Position numbers and translations under genes: made by a program. The notes below the pieces were generated by a model. It saw only the letters and a list, made by a program, of their open reading frames with translations. It made no database searches and had not been told where the DNA came from. This document shows, in pieces, positions 36,575 to 49,297 of a stretch of DNA of 64,000 nt (its first letter is position 1; each line of letters opens with the position of its first letter). The stretch is from Patellaria atrata CBS 101060 (Eukaryota), in assembly GCA_010093705.1 (NCBI GenBank), contig MU006089.1, positions 3,516,173 through 3,580,172 on the forward strand. The letters are read 5' to 3'.

Positions 36575-38341
36575 ATGGAAAATTTCGATCATACCAAACT
36601 TTCCACAACAGCTTGCCCGCTACTTCCCGGTCAATGTATGAATATCCTCGAAGTTCCTGCCGAAGATAGTAGCCTGTGTTCTCCGAATTCCACCATTTAC
36701 ACCATGGATCCCCAGGATAGGTTCGTAACTCCACGACCAGCCCCTAATCCGAGTCATCCTCGTACACCGAAATCGAGACCTGAAGCTATCTCTTGTGAAA
36801 AGAATTCGAAACGAAGACTACCAACTCCCCCCGAAAATCTATTGCTGTCCATTTCACATAATCCAACTAAACCTTCACCTACAGAACGGCAAATAAGATC
36901 TGCTGGAACTCCTGGTCGAGAGCTCAAAACAGCCTTGAAACGAATCAAATCCCTACCATCGCGGAGGAAACCTAAAGTGGTTCAACATTCCCGTGGACGG
37001 TCCTTATCAGATGAGGCTGAGATGAAAAAGATCGATGAAAAACCCTTACCTCCTCCCGCCACTAGCCATTCGGCTATCTCAGCGAGCTCTGGTCCCTCTC
37101 TGCCGTCGAACCAGAAGAAAATATTTTCTCCTCTCCGCTCTCACCCGGTGCATGCCGGGGACAATATACTCCATGGTCGCAGCCCTTCATCAACGTCAAC
37201 TTCTGAAACTCAAACTGATAGGTCTAATCGTGCTCGCAGCTCGTGGTACCTTCAAAGAGACTCTTCTCCCCAAACGCATACAAGGTCATCTTCTCTTTCA
37301 GCAGTTCAAAGTCGTAGTGCTTCCCCTGTTACTTCAACCTCCGTCAAACGACGATCCACATCCCTACCGAGACTCCATGAACCTTCCCCTCTCAGGAATG
37401 TAGTCATTTGTGAGAAATGGCTTGTAAATCCCCAAATGGACGCACCAAACCAGATTATGGAAATTGATGAAACGGATATCGATATCAGGCCTAGTGCTCT
37501 TTCCTTGATGGTAGATCCGATGAGTGAATATCGATTTGGTAACCCAGGAGCTTCATCTCGTCACAGGAATTCTGGGCCCCCCAATTTTTCCAAATTGCTT
37601 TCCAATCCAGGAAATGAGGACCACGAAGCTTCCAATATGGACATGAACCCCTATTTCCCAGTTAGTGAAGATTTTCCATCAAATACCCCGGCGGCAAATA
37701 GGGAGAGTACCGCTCTAACGATCAACGAGATCATGGAGCCTATTGAAGCACTTCACCCGACAGTGCAACGGTTGCAAAGGCCGGTCCTTCTTCGCAGCCA
37801 GTTTTCCGCTTGGAGTAGCGCCTCAGAAGGTCCCGTGTCCCCCATTTCTCCCATCTCGGAGCCAAGTCCTCTTCATTCTCCAACTTCAAGCTCTCCAACC
37901 TTTAGTACCGGTACAGTGGGCTCTGGAGAGACCAGCCCTCACCGACTTTCCAACCAGTCAATAATGCCCATGGAAGACTATTTCTCCCGCCATGCTGACC
38001 ACCCAAACACCGCGCGCAAAGAGACCTCAGACACTACCACACCTGGGTTTCCGACACCGGGAGAAGACTTTTATGATCATCTTCAAATCAGGGGTTCTGT
38101 AGATACAGGATCGAGGAGAAACGGTGGTTGTTTCGTCCCGGAGACTGATAGAGGTTTTGGAAAATTCCAGGGCTACGGCCTACCGCGCGATCGTACTGAT
38201 TCCGAGGTCACCATCACAAAATGCGAGTCACCGATAATGTCGCTGATACCTCCACCATCTGAAATCACCTATATGGATGGTTTGACACCCATGGAGGAAC
38301 TGATCATCGATTTCGGTTACTTGAGCGATACTGTCGTCTAA
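36575..38341 (+). CDS. Hypothetical Ser/Pro-rich, largely disordered protein
   Basis: Single open frame of about 590 codons ending in a compact motif, FQGYGLP...LTPMEELIIDFGYLSDTVV. The first in-frame ATG is at 36575; a later ATG (MDPQDRF) is possible. Confidence 0.75.
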   Translation: MENFDHTKLSTTACPLLPGQCMNILEVPAEDSSLCSPNSTIYTMDPQDRFVTPRPAPNPSHPRTPKSRPEAISCEKNSKRRLPTPPENLLLSISHNPTKPSPTERQIRSAGTPGRELKTALKRIKSLPSRRKPKVVQHSRGRSLSDEAEMKKIDEKPLPPPATSHSAISASSGPSLPSNQKKIFSPLRSHPVHAGDNILHGRSPSSTSTSETQTDRSNRARSSWYLQRDSSPQTHTRSSSLSAVQSRSASPVTSTSVKRRSTSLPRLHEPSPLRNVVICEKWLVNPQMDAPNQIMEIDETDIDIRPSALSLMVDPMSEYRFGNPGASSRHRNSGPPNFSKLLSNPGNEDHEASNMDMNPYFPVSEDFPSNTPAANRESTALTINEIMEPIEALHPTVQRLQRPVLLRSQFSAWSSASEGPVSPISPISEPSPLHSPTSSSPTFSTGTVGSGETSPHRLSNQSIMPMEDYFSRHADHPNTARKETSDTTTPGFPTPGEDFYDHLQIRGSVDTGSRRNGGCFVPETDRGFGKFQGYGLPRDRTDSEVTITKCESPIMSLIPPPSEITYMDGLTPMEELIIDFGYLSDTVV

Positions 38342-38689
38342 TACACATTCTATTTCCATATACCTATTGTATCCTGATTTTTCTTTTGTAACTTCGATGA
38401 TACCACCAGGGGCCTTCAATTTCAGCGGTACTACAGCCTCCTTGCATGGTGTTACGGATGGAATCTTATGATTTTTAATGACAATGGGCGGGCAACAAAA
38501 TTCGTCACATACACACTAGGGTGGTTTCATTTTTTTTTTTTTGACGGCATTTACGCGATACACAGAAGAAGGAATATATAGAGAGATACGAGTTCATTTC
38601 GTACATTGCGTTACCATGTAATTCCTGCTTTCTCCTCGCAAAATGATACCTTTTCAAAGCTCTTGTACGTACAGAGAAATATGAGCCTG

Positions 38690-38723
38690 AATCATTTGAA
38701 GACCTTAATCATTTGAAGACCTT
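38690..38723. repeat. Perfect 17-bp tandem duplication (aatcatttgaagacctt x2)
   Basis: Read directly from the sequence. Confidence 0.9.
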
Positions 38724-39259
38724 CTCGAAAGCGGGCAAGACTAAACCCCATCCGCAAGACAAACATTGTGAATCAGTTGCAAGAAGGTGGTTCGACCGTT
38801 CGTGATATTAGGCACATAGGAAATGTAGTGTAAATGGAAGGGTTTTGCTAACGATACCATACGGTATTCCATCTGTATCTGTACCCCATAGCAGAGGTTC
38901 TTTCGGATGCGGGGGCAAAGATTGCCGATCTCGTAAGCGGTGCACGTCAAGAGTTGCGCGTCCAAAGATACTCCGTAAACTACAAACGTCTACGGTAAAA
39001 GTTGTTATTGTGGTTGCCTCTCCCCGATTAAATGATTAGTAGAGCCTTGTTACGGAGGTACACTTCCTCGTGCACTATCATTCCCTTTTTTGCGCGAACC
39101 TCTCCTCCTTGCTCCAACCACATTTATACCTTATAAACCTGTCGATCCGTCACTAGGCAACGAAGGGCACAGAGCCATCATAAAAGAATCGCCTACTTTC
39201 CCGACATCGACACTGGAGAACCGATTGAAAATCCTGAAATCACCACATATCACGCCACA

Positions 39260-41049
39260 ATGGTGCTGAAGAAGTTTACTAGCATATTGGGGAGGGACAA
39301 GGACAAGAGTGGGTCGATGTACACATACATTTGAGAGTCTGGTAACTAATCCATTCTGCCTTGATAAAGGCGATACCACGGAGGCGGGAAGTAATGATCC
39401 AAATAGTCTTGTAGCACAAACAGTGCGTGAAATGGTGAGCAGTGGATAATATCAAATCCGGAATCTTGCCGGAACAAATCACTAACTTTGCTGCGCGATA
39501 GAAAGCTTTCTGCGAATCAGGATCATCGACCGAGGCGGTATGATTCTCACATCAGATAACACTACCTTTCACAGTACCTGACATAGATTTGGGTTAGGGC
39601 GATGAAGTTTTACATCTTCCGACAATCGTCGAAGCATGCGTAGCTAGTCCTCAAGCTGCCGCAGCGAGTGCCAACCAGATACGAAAATACCTCTCCAAAG
39701 ACTACTCAGCACAACCGTCTACACAATACAATGCCATCATGCTTATACGCATATTGGCTGATAACCCAGGTCAATCGTTTACAAAGAATATGGACAAACC
39801 ATTTGTGCAGACCGTGAAAGAGATGTTGAGAACAGGGAAGGACCCTAGCGTGCAACAACTCCTCAGAGAAACACTGTATTCACTTGACAGTCAGAAGGCA
39901 TATGATACGAACATGGCACTGTTGTTCACCATGTGGAGACGAGAATCATCGATGATGAGTCCCAGGAGTTATGGACCGCGAACTCTCAACGCTCCATCTT
40001 GGGATCCAAATCAGGCACCATTACCTCCTTCGCAACATCCATCAGAGAGTTACAGCCGGAACAATAGCCATAGACGAGAGCGTGGTCTCCCTCCTGCTAC
40101 TGAACTGGCCGCACGTATCGAAGAAGCTCGTACTTCCGCTAAAATACTTGACCAGCGAGTCGATATTGTAGACAAGAGCGAGATAATGGGTGACGAACTT
40201 GTAAAAGAGTTTGCAGATCGCTGTCAAGCAGCACAGCGCAGTATTCAGGGTTACATCAATGCGGATAATCCACCTGCGGACGATGACACCCTCCAGACTC
40301 TCATTGAGACTAATGACAAGCTTTCACACTCCCAAAGCAAGTATCAACACAAAATTCTACAAGGACGAAGGCACCTTGGAGTCAGCAGCGTTACACCCTC
40401 ACCACCAGTCAGGACGCCTCAAGGGCAATACGGCCGCAGTGCTGCTGCACCCACGTCCATGAACTACTTTACTTCCCAACCTCCAGTAGAACAACCCCAG
40501 CCGCAGAGCTATGTCACACCACAGAGCTATACGACGCTACAGAATAACGCCCCTCAGAGCTACAATTCACATCAGAGCTATAACGAGTCCCAGGGCTATA
40601 CGGGTTCGCAAAACTATAGCGCATATACACCCCCACATGCCCGAGAAGAGACGTACTATCCCCCTTCCGTTCCACCGTCGTCAGTGCAGCAGAGTAATCG
40701 GCACTACCAGTATAGCGATCACGACTTGAGCGCTACTTCAGGTCCCCAACCCGATGACCCGTTCTCGGACGCGCACGCGCATCCGCACCACCTTACTTCA
40801 GGGCCACCTCCCCCTCCACCTCGCAACGGGTTGAACTCGGCAACGAGTCCGATCAGCCCGACGGATTTTTCAGGTGGATCGGAAGTTGGAGGACCGACGG
40901 CGAGTTATCTCCAGAGGAGGGATGATTCAGGGCAGAATGGGACGATGCACGGGACTGTGGGTTATGGGCAGGATCATGGGCCGGGACACGGGCGGAGGGA
41001 GAGCGGAAACGTGAGTCCTATCGAGGATAGGGTTACTTATAGGTATTGA
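39260..41049 (+). CDS. VHS/ENTH-like plus GAT domain protein (Lsb5/Tom1-like endocytic adaptor)
   Basis: GDEVLHLPTIVEAC...QYNAIMLIRILADNPG (VHS-like) and LPPATELAARIEEARTSAKIL...LVKEFADRCQAAQRSIQGYI...TLIETNDKL (GAT), followed by a P/Q/S/Y-rich tail with DDPF. Three short 5' exons are predicted, with the last exon from about 39598. Confidence 0.82.
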
Positions 41050-42239
41050 TATCCTTACGGTTTCGTTTGGGCTTCAGCGAGGCAGTAAGGTCCATAAATA
41101 GTGGCCTGGCGACATTTCGTTGAATCATGTATTTTCGGCGAGGAAAATAAGGGGGATCTGATGGTAGACTGTGCCGAAATTTGGATTGGAATATGTCGTT
41201 GTATGAGATATCCTAAGTTGTTGCTGATTGTTACATTGGGAGCGAGTTTCAGTAGTGTCTGATTGAAGGAAGACAAGGTATGAGAGGTGGTTAGTTACAA
41301 AGTAACGGCAAGCTTGAGTTCTTGGTTCCCAAGCACTTGGTCAGCCTTCTTCCGACTTGGCTAAAAAAGCCATTCCATCATCTTCCGCGCGCCACCCCAC
41401 CACCACCTGCATCGGATCAGAACGACGAAACTTTTCTTCTACTGTACCTTATCTACAGTACTCGTGCCACCTGGGCTACCTTGACAGGTAACTCCTATTC
41501 AGACTCCACTGGAGGGATGGAGACAAAGGTGAAACTAGATGAGCATTTAATGGACTTTTAGGGGCAGCTATGCTATTAGCTTATCAATACCTAACAGAGG
41601 TGGTGCTTCTGGAAGAGGTTTTTGGAATTGAGTTCGTCGAACGGCCCGTTCAAGCCGGGGCATCGTACAGATGTGAATACCGGCATAACCTAAGTAAGAT
41701 AGAAAGTTACCGTATGGTAAGTTACCTAAGGTTCTTAAAATGTGGAGACGCGGGGTCGGGTTCCTTGTGGGGAAGTTTAGCTCCCGTCTTCTTATTTTTT
41801 TTTTCTTCTTCGCTTTTTCCTTCTTGGGGGGCGACTTCTTGATTGCTATTAAGCTCCACCGAAAGACACCCTTGATCGAAAGATTTGGCGGTGGAAAGCT
41901 TACCATAAGGCAATGGGAAGGAGACAAGCCGTTGTCCATCACTTTTGCCTTCTCACTCTGAAAGATCTGCGTTTTTGCCGTATTTTCCAGGTGTATAATC
42001 AATACTACTTTCCTACTTCTACCGGCACATCATGCAGCTGTCATTGTATGCGTTCGGTGATAGCCCCGCGCATGGCCCTTTATTATTGGGGAGGTGACAT
42101 GGGGGTTAGAGCTTGAGATTTATAACAGGCTCTTCTCACCTTTTGTTGATTCTATTCTACTTGTTTTCATCTCCCCTCGCATCTTCTACTGTACTGTACG
42201 CCATACAATCCTTCTGAGGTACAGTACAAAAAAGTAACC

Positions 42240-43953
42240 ATGGCGACTCAACCAACTGCTACCGATGCGCCTTTCGCCGATGAGAAAGGCGCTCAGCATT
42301 TGGATGGATCGGATATCGTTGATACCAGCGCGCGTTCTGGTAAGATGGAACCACCGGCGCTCATTCGCAACTTGACACACGATGAACGAATGCGTTTGGA
42401 GCGCAAATTGCAGCGGAAAATAGATCTTAGACTGCTACCTATGGTTGTCGTCATGTGTAAGTTGCAGACTCTTACCTATACAAGCATGATAGTAACAATA
42501 GTCAAGATATCATGAACTACTTGGACAGGAACAACATCGCTGCGGCCAGAATATCTGGAAAAGTAGGATTGGAAGAGGAATTAGGGTTGTCGAGCACGCA
42601 GTATCAGACATCTGTCAGTATCTTGTTCGTTGGTTACGTTCTGATGCAAGGTAAGCCAGAGATCACTCACTCACAAGGATAAACATCCCATTGATTCCAA
42701 TCCAGTCCCCTCCAATTTGATTCTCAACAAGATTGGAGTCCCAGCTATATACCTACCCACGTGTATGATTGTGTGGGGCATTATTTCCGCCGCAACTGCC
42801 GCCACTCAGAACTTCGCAGGAATCGTGGCCTGCCGATTCTTTCTCGGTTTCGTGGAAGCAGCATACTTTCCTGGATGTCTGTTCTTCCTCTCCTCGTGGT
42901 ATACCCGCAAAGAATTAGCTCTCCGAACAGCCATGCTTTACTCTGGCTCCCTCATCTCAGGCGCATTCTCCGGTCTCATCGCGGCCGGAATTACTGACGG
43001 GATGGATGGCAAGAAAGGTCTCAGCGCCTGGAGGTGGCTCTTCATCATCGAAGGTGCTATCACCGTCGTGATCGCCTGTTTGGGCTACTTCATCCTGCCC
43101 AACTTCCCGCGCACGACCAAGTGGCTGACTGAAGAGGAGCGCCAACTCGCTGTCTGGAGGCTGCAAGAAGACATCGGCCAGGACGACTGGATCAACAGCG
43201 AGAGTCAATCTCTCTGGCACGGATTCAAGCTCGCCTGTCAGGATATCAAGATGTGGATCCTCATGATCATGCTTTTCGGCATCGTTGCTTCGGGAAGCGT
43301 GACTAACTTCTTTCCTACCGTTGTAGCGACGCTGGGCTATGGCAAGATTCACTCCCTATTACTCACCGCTCCACCCTACGCTCTCGCTGTCATTACGACG
43401 TTCGCGAATGCATGGCATGCTGATAGGACAGGAGAGCGGTATTTGCACGTCGTACTTCCTCTCTGCGTCGGTGTTATTGCATTCATCCTTGCCGCCTCGA
43501 CTACCTCGACGGGTCCGCGATACTTGTCGATGATGTTGATGGTTCCGGGTGTCTACACTGGCTACGTCGTGGTTCTTGCTTGGATTTCGAACAGTATCCC
43601 CCGTCCTCCGGCGAAGAGAGCAGCTTCTCTCGCTTTCATTAACGCAATATCGAACTGTTCGTCTATCTATGCGTCGTACATGTATCCCAGATCCGCGGAT
43701 CCAAGATTCGGTAAGTATTTTCAAGTCTTTTTTTTTTCATACTGGTAATACTGATCAGATATGCTAACCCCTTTCAGTTGTCGCGATGAGTGTCAACTGC
43801 GCAACAGTAGCGCTCGCAATAATCATGGCGACACTACTTCGTTTCATCCTCAGCCGGTTGAACGCAAGGCTGGATCGCGGCGAGCACGTAGAAGGTGCTG
43901 TAAACGGAGTTCCGGGTGAAGCCAGCGAGAGAGGATTCAGATTCTTGACTTGA
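42240..43953 (+). CDS. MFS transporter, anion:cation symporter family (allantoate/nicotinate permease-like)
   Basis: Motifs KLQRKIDLRLLP, NYLDRNNIAAAR, RFFLGFVEAAYFPG, WYTRKELALR, AWRWLFIIEG and LPNFP. Exons 42240-42456, 42507-42650, 42706-43710, 43779-43953. Confidence 0.94.
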
Positions 43954-43965
43954 TGAACATTATTC

Positions 43966-43999
43966 GGGGGGGCAGGGGGGCAGAGGGGGGGGGGGGGGG
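43966..43999 (+). repeat. G-rich tract G7-CA-G6-CAGA-G15
   Basis: Read directly; starts 12 nt after the MFS stop codon. Confidence 0.85.
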
Positions 44000-45181
44000 A
44001 AAGGTGGATAGTTATAAAATTTTATGAGACTATCAATACAATCCTATCAATATGAAGGACATCTCCTTTGCTTCTTTTGGCATTTGCTCATCCACAATAT
44101 CTCTACGTGACTAACTTCACACACCATATCTTACTACTGCGATCCCAATCCGAATCCGAGGATTGGATATTGTATCGCAAGTCCATCGCCTCCCCTTTCA
44201 GAACACCATCCCCCGCGCCCTCAATACTCACCAAACGAGCACGTTCGAACTGTTCATCCTAGAGTATCAACCACTAATCTCCGTTGGCTGTACGGCCAAG
44301 TCCTGAGTGCTGCTATGAATCATCCGCACGTTTTTGACTTTACCGTACAGTGAGGTCGGAAACAAACCAAGGGGGCAAGCATGAAGTAGATGAGGAAGAA
44401 TACTACAGACCTTCTCCCTCGCGGTGGATACCATACTCTCTCTCATCGTAGGGCAGCGATCCCGGTGGACCATACCCTTGCCGGACTCCTTTGGGACTAC
44501 TGATCTAGCAATATTGATAGACCTATATTGTCTGTAAAGGTTAGGTTGCGCATACAGCTCGTTGTTAACCGTATGTTTTGACAATCTTGTACAGAGCTCT
44601 CCCCCCCTCCCCTCTTTCAACCCCCTACATTTCACTCAAACACTACCTACCCAATCCGGAAATAACGCTATCCCTTATATTCAAATTCGATCAATGATTC
44701 TTCCGTTTCGCCGTGGTGCAGTTAGTTGGTATCGGCTATTTCCTTTATCGGTTATCCTATCCAATTTCCTGAACAGTCTATGTTCGAATCTGATCAACAC
44801 TTTCCGGAAAGGCGGAACATTTTCTTCTTCCTTTTTTTTTTTTTTCTTTTTTTTGTTTTCTTGTACTTTTATTTTGTACTTTTGTTTTGTTCTTATTTTT
44901 ATGGGAGGGCAGGAGGAGGTAGGGGTTATATGAGTTTTGTATAGTAGCCTTAGGAAGTGAGTGTAAAATAGACGAGGAATAATTTTAGGACATCCTACTC
45001 TCTTCGCGATGGTCAAAGTACCAAGTCAATTGGTATTGGATCCTTCTCTGTATAATAACTTAAGTGACTACTGTACATTTTCGAGGCTTTGATGCTCCAC
45101 AATTGAGCCGGACTCCAGCATTAGGGAGTTGAGGTACGGGTGAAGTAGTAATATACTATGAGTCTAAACGGGAAATTATCC

Positions 45182-45952
45182 CTAACTGGATAAGAGTTTC
45201 TCTGCAGCCTCCTTAAATGCATTCATACCCGCGAGATACAGTCCTGGTCCTACGCTAATCCGGGCCACTCCGATTTCTTTGAGCTCAGGGACAGTAAGAA
45301 AGCCTGGTGCTATGCGCTTGAGTACGTTCAACCGACCATCAAACGCTTCACAGAGTTGCACTATCTCTTCCCTAGCAACACCTCTTCCTTTTGGGCCACC
45401 CCATACAAACACAGTGTTAGCTCCGGCGGCTAGATATGCATTTCCGCGCTCAATGGCGTCGTCAATCGTGCCTCCAAAGCCTAGGACATCAGTCCGAGCA
45501 TTCAAAGCGAAATCCGGAACGCCAGCTTCAGCAGCGGCTTCCAAAGCTGACTTAATCCTCGATACGGCATCGTCTACAGCTCGCAGTTCCTCGGTTTCGT
45601 TATTCACATCCTCGAGGTTGCAGCCGACGGCGCCGGCCTCTATAGCCAGACGTATGGTCTCTTTGACATTATCATAGCCGTCTTGAAGGTCTGCGGTAAG
45701 GGGTACTCCTGCTTTGGATACAACTGATGCCACTTTCCTGATCCCTGCAAGGTTCTGCTCCCGTGTCATGTCGTTGTCGTTGAGCCCATAGGTAGCAGCG
45801 ATAGCAAAACTGGCTGTTGCGACAGCTTTAACCGATGGTAAGGACGTGACGATGGATGCTGTTGCGCCATCGTACACGTTACCGAGGATAAGTGGTTCAC
45901 CCGGTTTGTGGAGAGCTCGGAGATCTTGCGCGAGAGTGTTTAGGGACGCCAT
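45182..45952 (-). CDS. Isocitrate lyase/PEP mutase superfamily protein
   Basis: Intronless, 256 aa. Motifs LRALHKPGEPLILGNVYD, AVATASFAIA, PLTADLQDGY, GAVGCNLED, LNARTD, AYLAAGANTVFV and GVARISVGP. Confidence 0.9.
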   Translation of the reverse strand: MASLNTLAQDLRALHKPGEPLILGNVYDGATASIVTSLPSVKAVATASFAIAATYGLNDNDMTREQNLAGIRKVASVVSKAGVPLTADLQDGYDNVKETIRLAIEAGAVGCNLEDVNNETEELRAVDDAVSRIKSALEAAAEAGVPDFALNARTDVLGFGGTIDDAIERGNAYLAAGANTVFVWGGPKGRGVAREEIVQLCEAFDGRLNVLKRIAPGFLTVPELKEIGVARISVGPGLYLAGMNAFKEAAEKLLSS

Positions 45953-47053
45953 CGTTCGAAAAGATAAGTTGCACCGACAAAGTCTAGAGGAGATGGGTCG
46001 ATAGCTTCGGGTTGTAACCGATACATATAATGGTAATATTTTCGTTACTTTCCTATGTCATGTCAGGTTTTTCACGCCCTACAAGCCCACCAGTCTGACA
46101 TGCTCGGAATGAATGCTCGGTCAAGAAGGTAGTACGGCGAGACTTCATATACATAACAGCGTCAATTCCAACGATCCCGTGCAAGATTCGGACAGCTTCG
46201 AGGCAAACCCATTGACAGTCCTTGGTGAATCTCCGAACGTGAGGGATTGCCATTAGGTCAGTTACATAGTAACTTACGAAGTACTCCGTATTGTTTGACA
46301 CATATATATCTTGGCAGATTTGTACAGCGAGCAAAAGCTTTCCTAAATACTTACAAGCGCTGCACGGGCCATGGTCTACAAAGATATCACTTCCAAGCGC
46401 CCACGTACGAAGTAATCCATGGATTCCATGCAGGCCAGAAAACCAATGAAAACAGTTTTAATAGGGTTGTTCAGGTACAATGCAGTTCCTGGCAACAGCT
46501 GTATCCTATCGGGATACTGAACTTTAGCCAGGCTATCATCCACCCTTCGACCTTGAAACACTTGCTGTTCTATATCTGGACCCCTTTCGCGCCCGAGATG
46601 CACTCCATGGCTTGACCTGAGCGGTTAACATATGAGGCCATCAACCACACTCACAGCTTTTCCCCTCCCTCGATACATCCTTCATTGGGCCAGAAAATGC
46701 AAGCCCCGGAAAGGGCTTATACCAGATCGAAAGGGTCCAAGTGCAGTCTGCATGAGACGACATTTTCGACCATATAGGCGCTGAGATGCGGAAGTGGCGG
46801 CCGGGTGGAGGATGTATCGTGGGACACCAAAAGGTAAAAGATGTTGTTATAAACGTTTCGATATCCTGTCTTTGGCTCCAGCTAGAACGGTTGTGCTGTT
46901 CGAATTTGTTTCGTTGTTTCTAGTCTCAGACACCGTGTGTCGAGTCCATCTCCTTCTTGAGAGTTTATATCTTTCTACTTCTTTTTTCTGGTATCATCAT
47001 TTCCCAGTCTTTAATCAATTGTTGAGCGTTGTCTACAGTCTGCTCTATTCATA

Positions 47054-47845
47054 ATGCAGCCCTCCACAATTCGCAACGTTCAAATTGCGTCTTCCGCGAT
47101 TATCATCGCTTTCTCCCTTGCTATCATCGGCACGGCTGGACACTCTCTTGATATCTACAACAAACAGAGGTTTACAAATCCTTGGTGGATGCCGCTATGG
47201 CCAAGTCATTTTGAGACTCGGGGCACGAATACTATCATTGGTTCCGGGGCGGCGCTTTTCTTCCTAAACCTTATCCATATTGTGGTCACCTTCATTCCTA
47301 AGGTACATCACTGCCGTCAACGCCTCCTCGGTATACGTTATCCTAACATACTGTCATAGTTGAACCTACTTAACCATCCCACTCACCGAGCGCTCCTCAC
47401 GTTTGCCATCTGCCTTCCCGCTTGTCTTATCTCCCTCAGTACAGTCGTATATGCGCACATCCTCAATGGCAACTCGCCCAATCTCGACACAATTCAGACA
47501 TGGACCTGTCGCTTTAAGAACGCAAAGCAAGCGGATGAGTTCAATATTTCTGCCAGCGAGAGTAATAACACATTCGCCACTCTTTGTAGCGAGAGTGTAA
47601 GTTGAATTTACCCTTCAAAGTCCTCAGTTGCACAATAAGCTGATTGTTATGATCAGAAATTCGCATTGTATGGTACCCTCATTGTATTCTTGATTCAAGG
47701 CCTTATGCTCTTCGTTGCTATCGTCGGTTGGGTTGTAGAGAAGTGGGCTCAGCGCAAGAATAACAAAGAATGGAAAGATACTGGCAGTGTCGAGATGAAT
47801 GGCGTCGGCGATAAGGGGCCCCATGTCAACGTACAAAACGTCTAA
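47054..47845 (+). CDS. Hypothetical four-TM membrane protein (MARVEL-like topology)
   Basis: Exons 47054-47302, 47360-47596 and 47657-47845 join in frame. Four hydrophobic segments, plus WWMPLWP and DTIQTWTC...FATLCSESKF motifs. Confidence 0.78.
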
Positions 47846-48503
47846 AGGAGGTCTTTCTATTAGACGGTTCTTATCAAAAATATGTGGTTGCGATGTTAAT
47901 GATTCAGCTGAGGAGACAGGTCCCTGGTGGATGAATATTTCGTTCACACAGTTCTAGAGATATCCACTGTTTAAACACTAGTCTATTTGGAATTGGCGTA
48001 TATGGAAAGGTGCTCTTACGGTTGGCACGATATAGATATATTAGGTATCTTTAGTATGCTTGTTGAGAGGCTAACTTGTTGAAAACGACCTAAGTCCTTA
48101 AAGTTCTGATGGTAAAAAATTCACGTCCCAACTTGCTCGCGTTACCACCGCTTTATGGCTCTGATCCCCCATAATAAATACGTTCTTAACCCCTTTCCAA
48201 ACATCATAAGGTACTTCTAAGGTACCGGGGCGTACCTAAGTCAAACCGAGGGCGGTGTGGCGGTGCATAAATTTTCAGAGCCACTAACGTGACGTAATAA
48301 GGTACGTACCTCTTTGGTTGTTGCATCACCAGTACATCAGCAAAGGGTCTGCGTAAAGCCTACATCACAACTAACGTGCCATCCTAGAAACTATATCTAC
48401 AAAGTATCGGACTGCTATTCTTCGCACAACAACCAACAAACTACATCTTCAATATCACGAACAACCAAAAACTGAAAACCGGCTCAACTCGATACCACTT
48501 ACA

Positions 48504-48803
48504 ATGCCTGAACATCAAACCTTCCAATCCTCCACCTACTCCTCAAGCTCTTCGACCGTAGATGGACAAACAAAGTCTTACTCAGAAGCAAGCTTCACAA
48601 ACCCCGATGGTACCACCATCAGACGCACCTCACAAGAACCTGGCAAGCCGGTCCAGCAGGAAACCGTTCGCTACCCGGCAAATGGTACCGCTACAATCGA
48701 GGGAGGAGCTGGTACTAGAAGAATTGAGGATGTGACGGATGCGGAAAAGTTATATGAGGAAAATATTGAGGATGAATATGCTAAGAGGGAGGGAGGTGCT
48801 TGA
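48504..48803 (+). CDS. Small hydrophilic hypothetical protein (99 aa)
   Basis: Good start context (acaATG) after a CAA-rich leader. The C-terminus RIEDVTDAEKLYEENIEDEYAKREGGA is a motif I recall from uncharacterised ascomycete proteins. Confidence 0.8.
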   Translation: MPEHQTFQSSTYSSSSSTVDGQTKSYSEASFTNPDGTTIRRTSQEPGKPVQQETVRYPANGTATIEGGAGTRRIEDVTDAEKLYEENIEDEYAKREGGA

Positions 48804-49297
48804 TTCGACGGGACTACCGAATGGGGCTTGAATCTGGGATGTAATGATTCAACAGGAGTGCGACACATTTTTTTTTTAAAGGAGTTCAATTCAGAATAAC
48901 TGGCCTCATAATATGACATTCGAAGAGTATGGTACTCTAGATAGCCCTACAACATGCGGCTATTAGAGAAATTACCGTAGATGGAAGCAATACAAGACTT
49001 CGATCAACATGCAGTCTTGAGTCACTTTGTTCTTACCATCAGTCCCGTATACGACCTTTTCTAAAAGGCGTCTCTAAGGAATAATAATTCTATCGCAGTT
49101 GTTACAAACCAATGTTAAGGTGGTATCACTAGTTAGAAAAGACTGACGTGATTGGTTAGTAGCAAATCGCTTGATCTCCCAAGAAAACGAAAGTGTCCAA
49201 CGACACTTCTCTACTGTATCTCACCTTGACCATCAATCCTTCATTTGTTGAACCCAAGAAAAACAGTTACACGATAGTTGTTGCGAACTAAAACACC

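Noticed and set aside
46376..46603. AKVQYPDRIQLLPG resembling the PPP phosphatase motif LKVRYPDRITLLRGNHE
   Set aside because: GNHE, GDxHG and GDxVDRG are absent and the spacing is wrong; probably chance.
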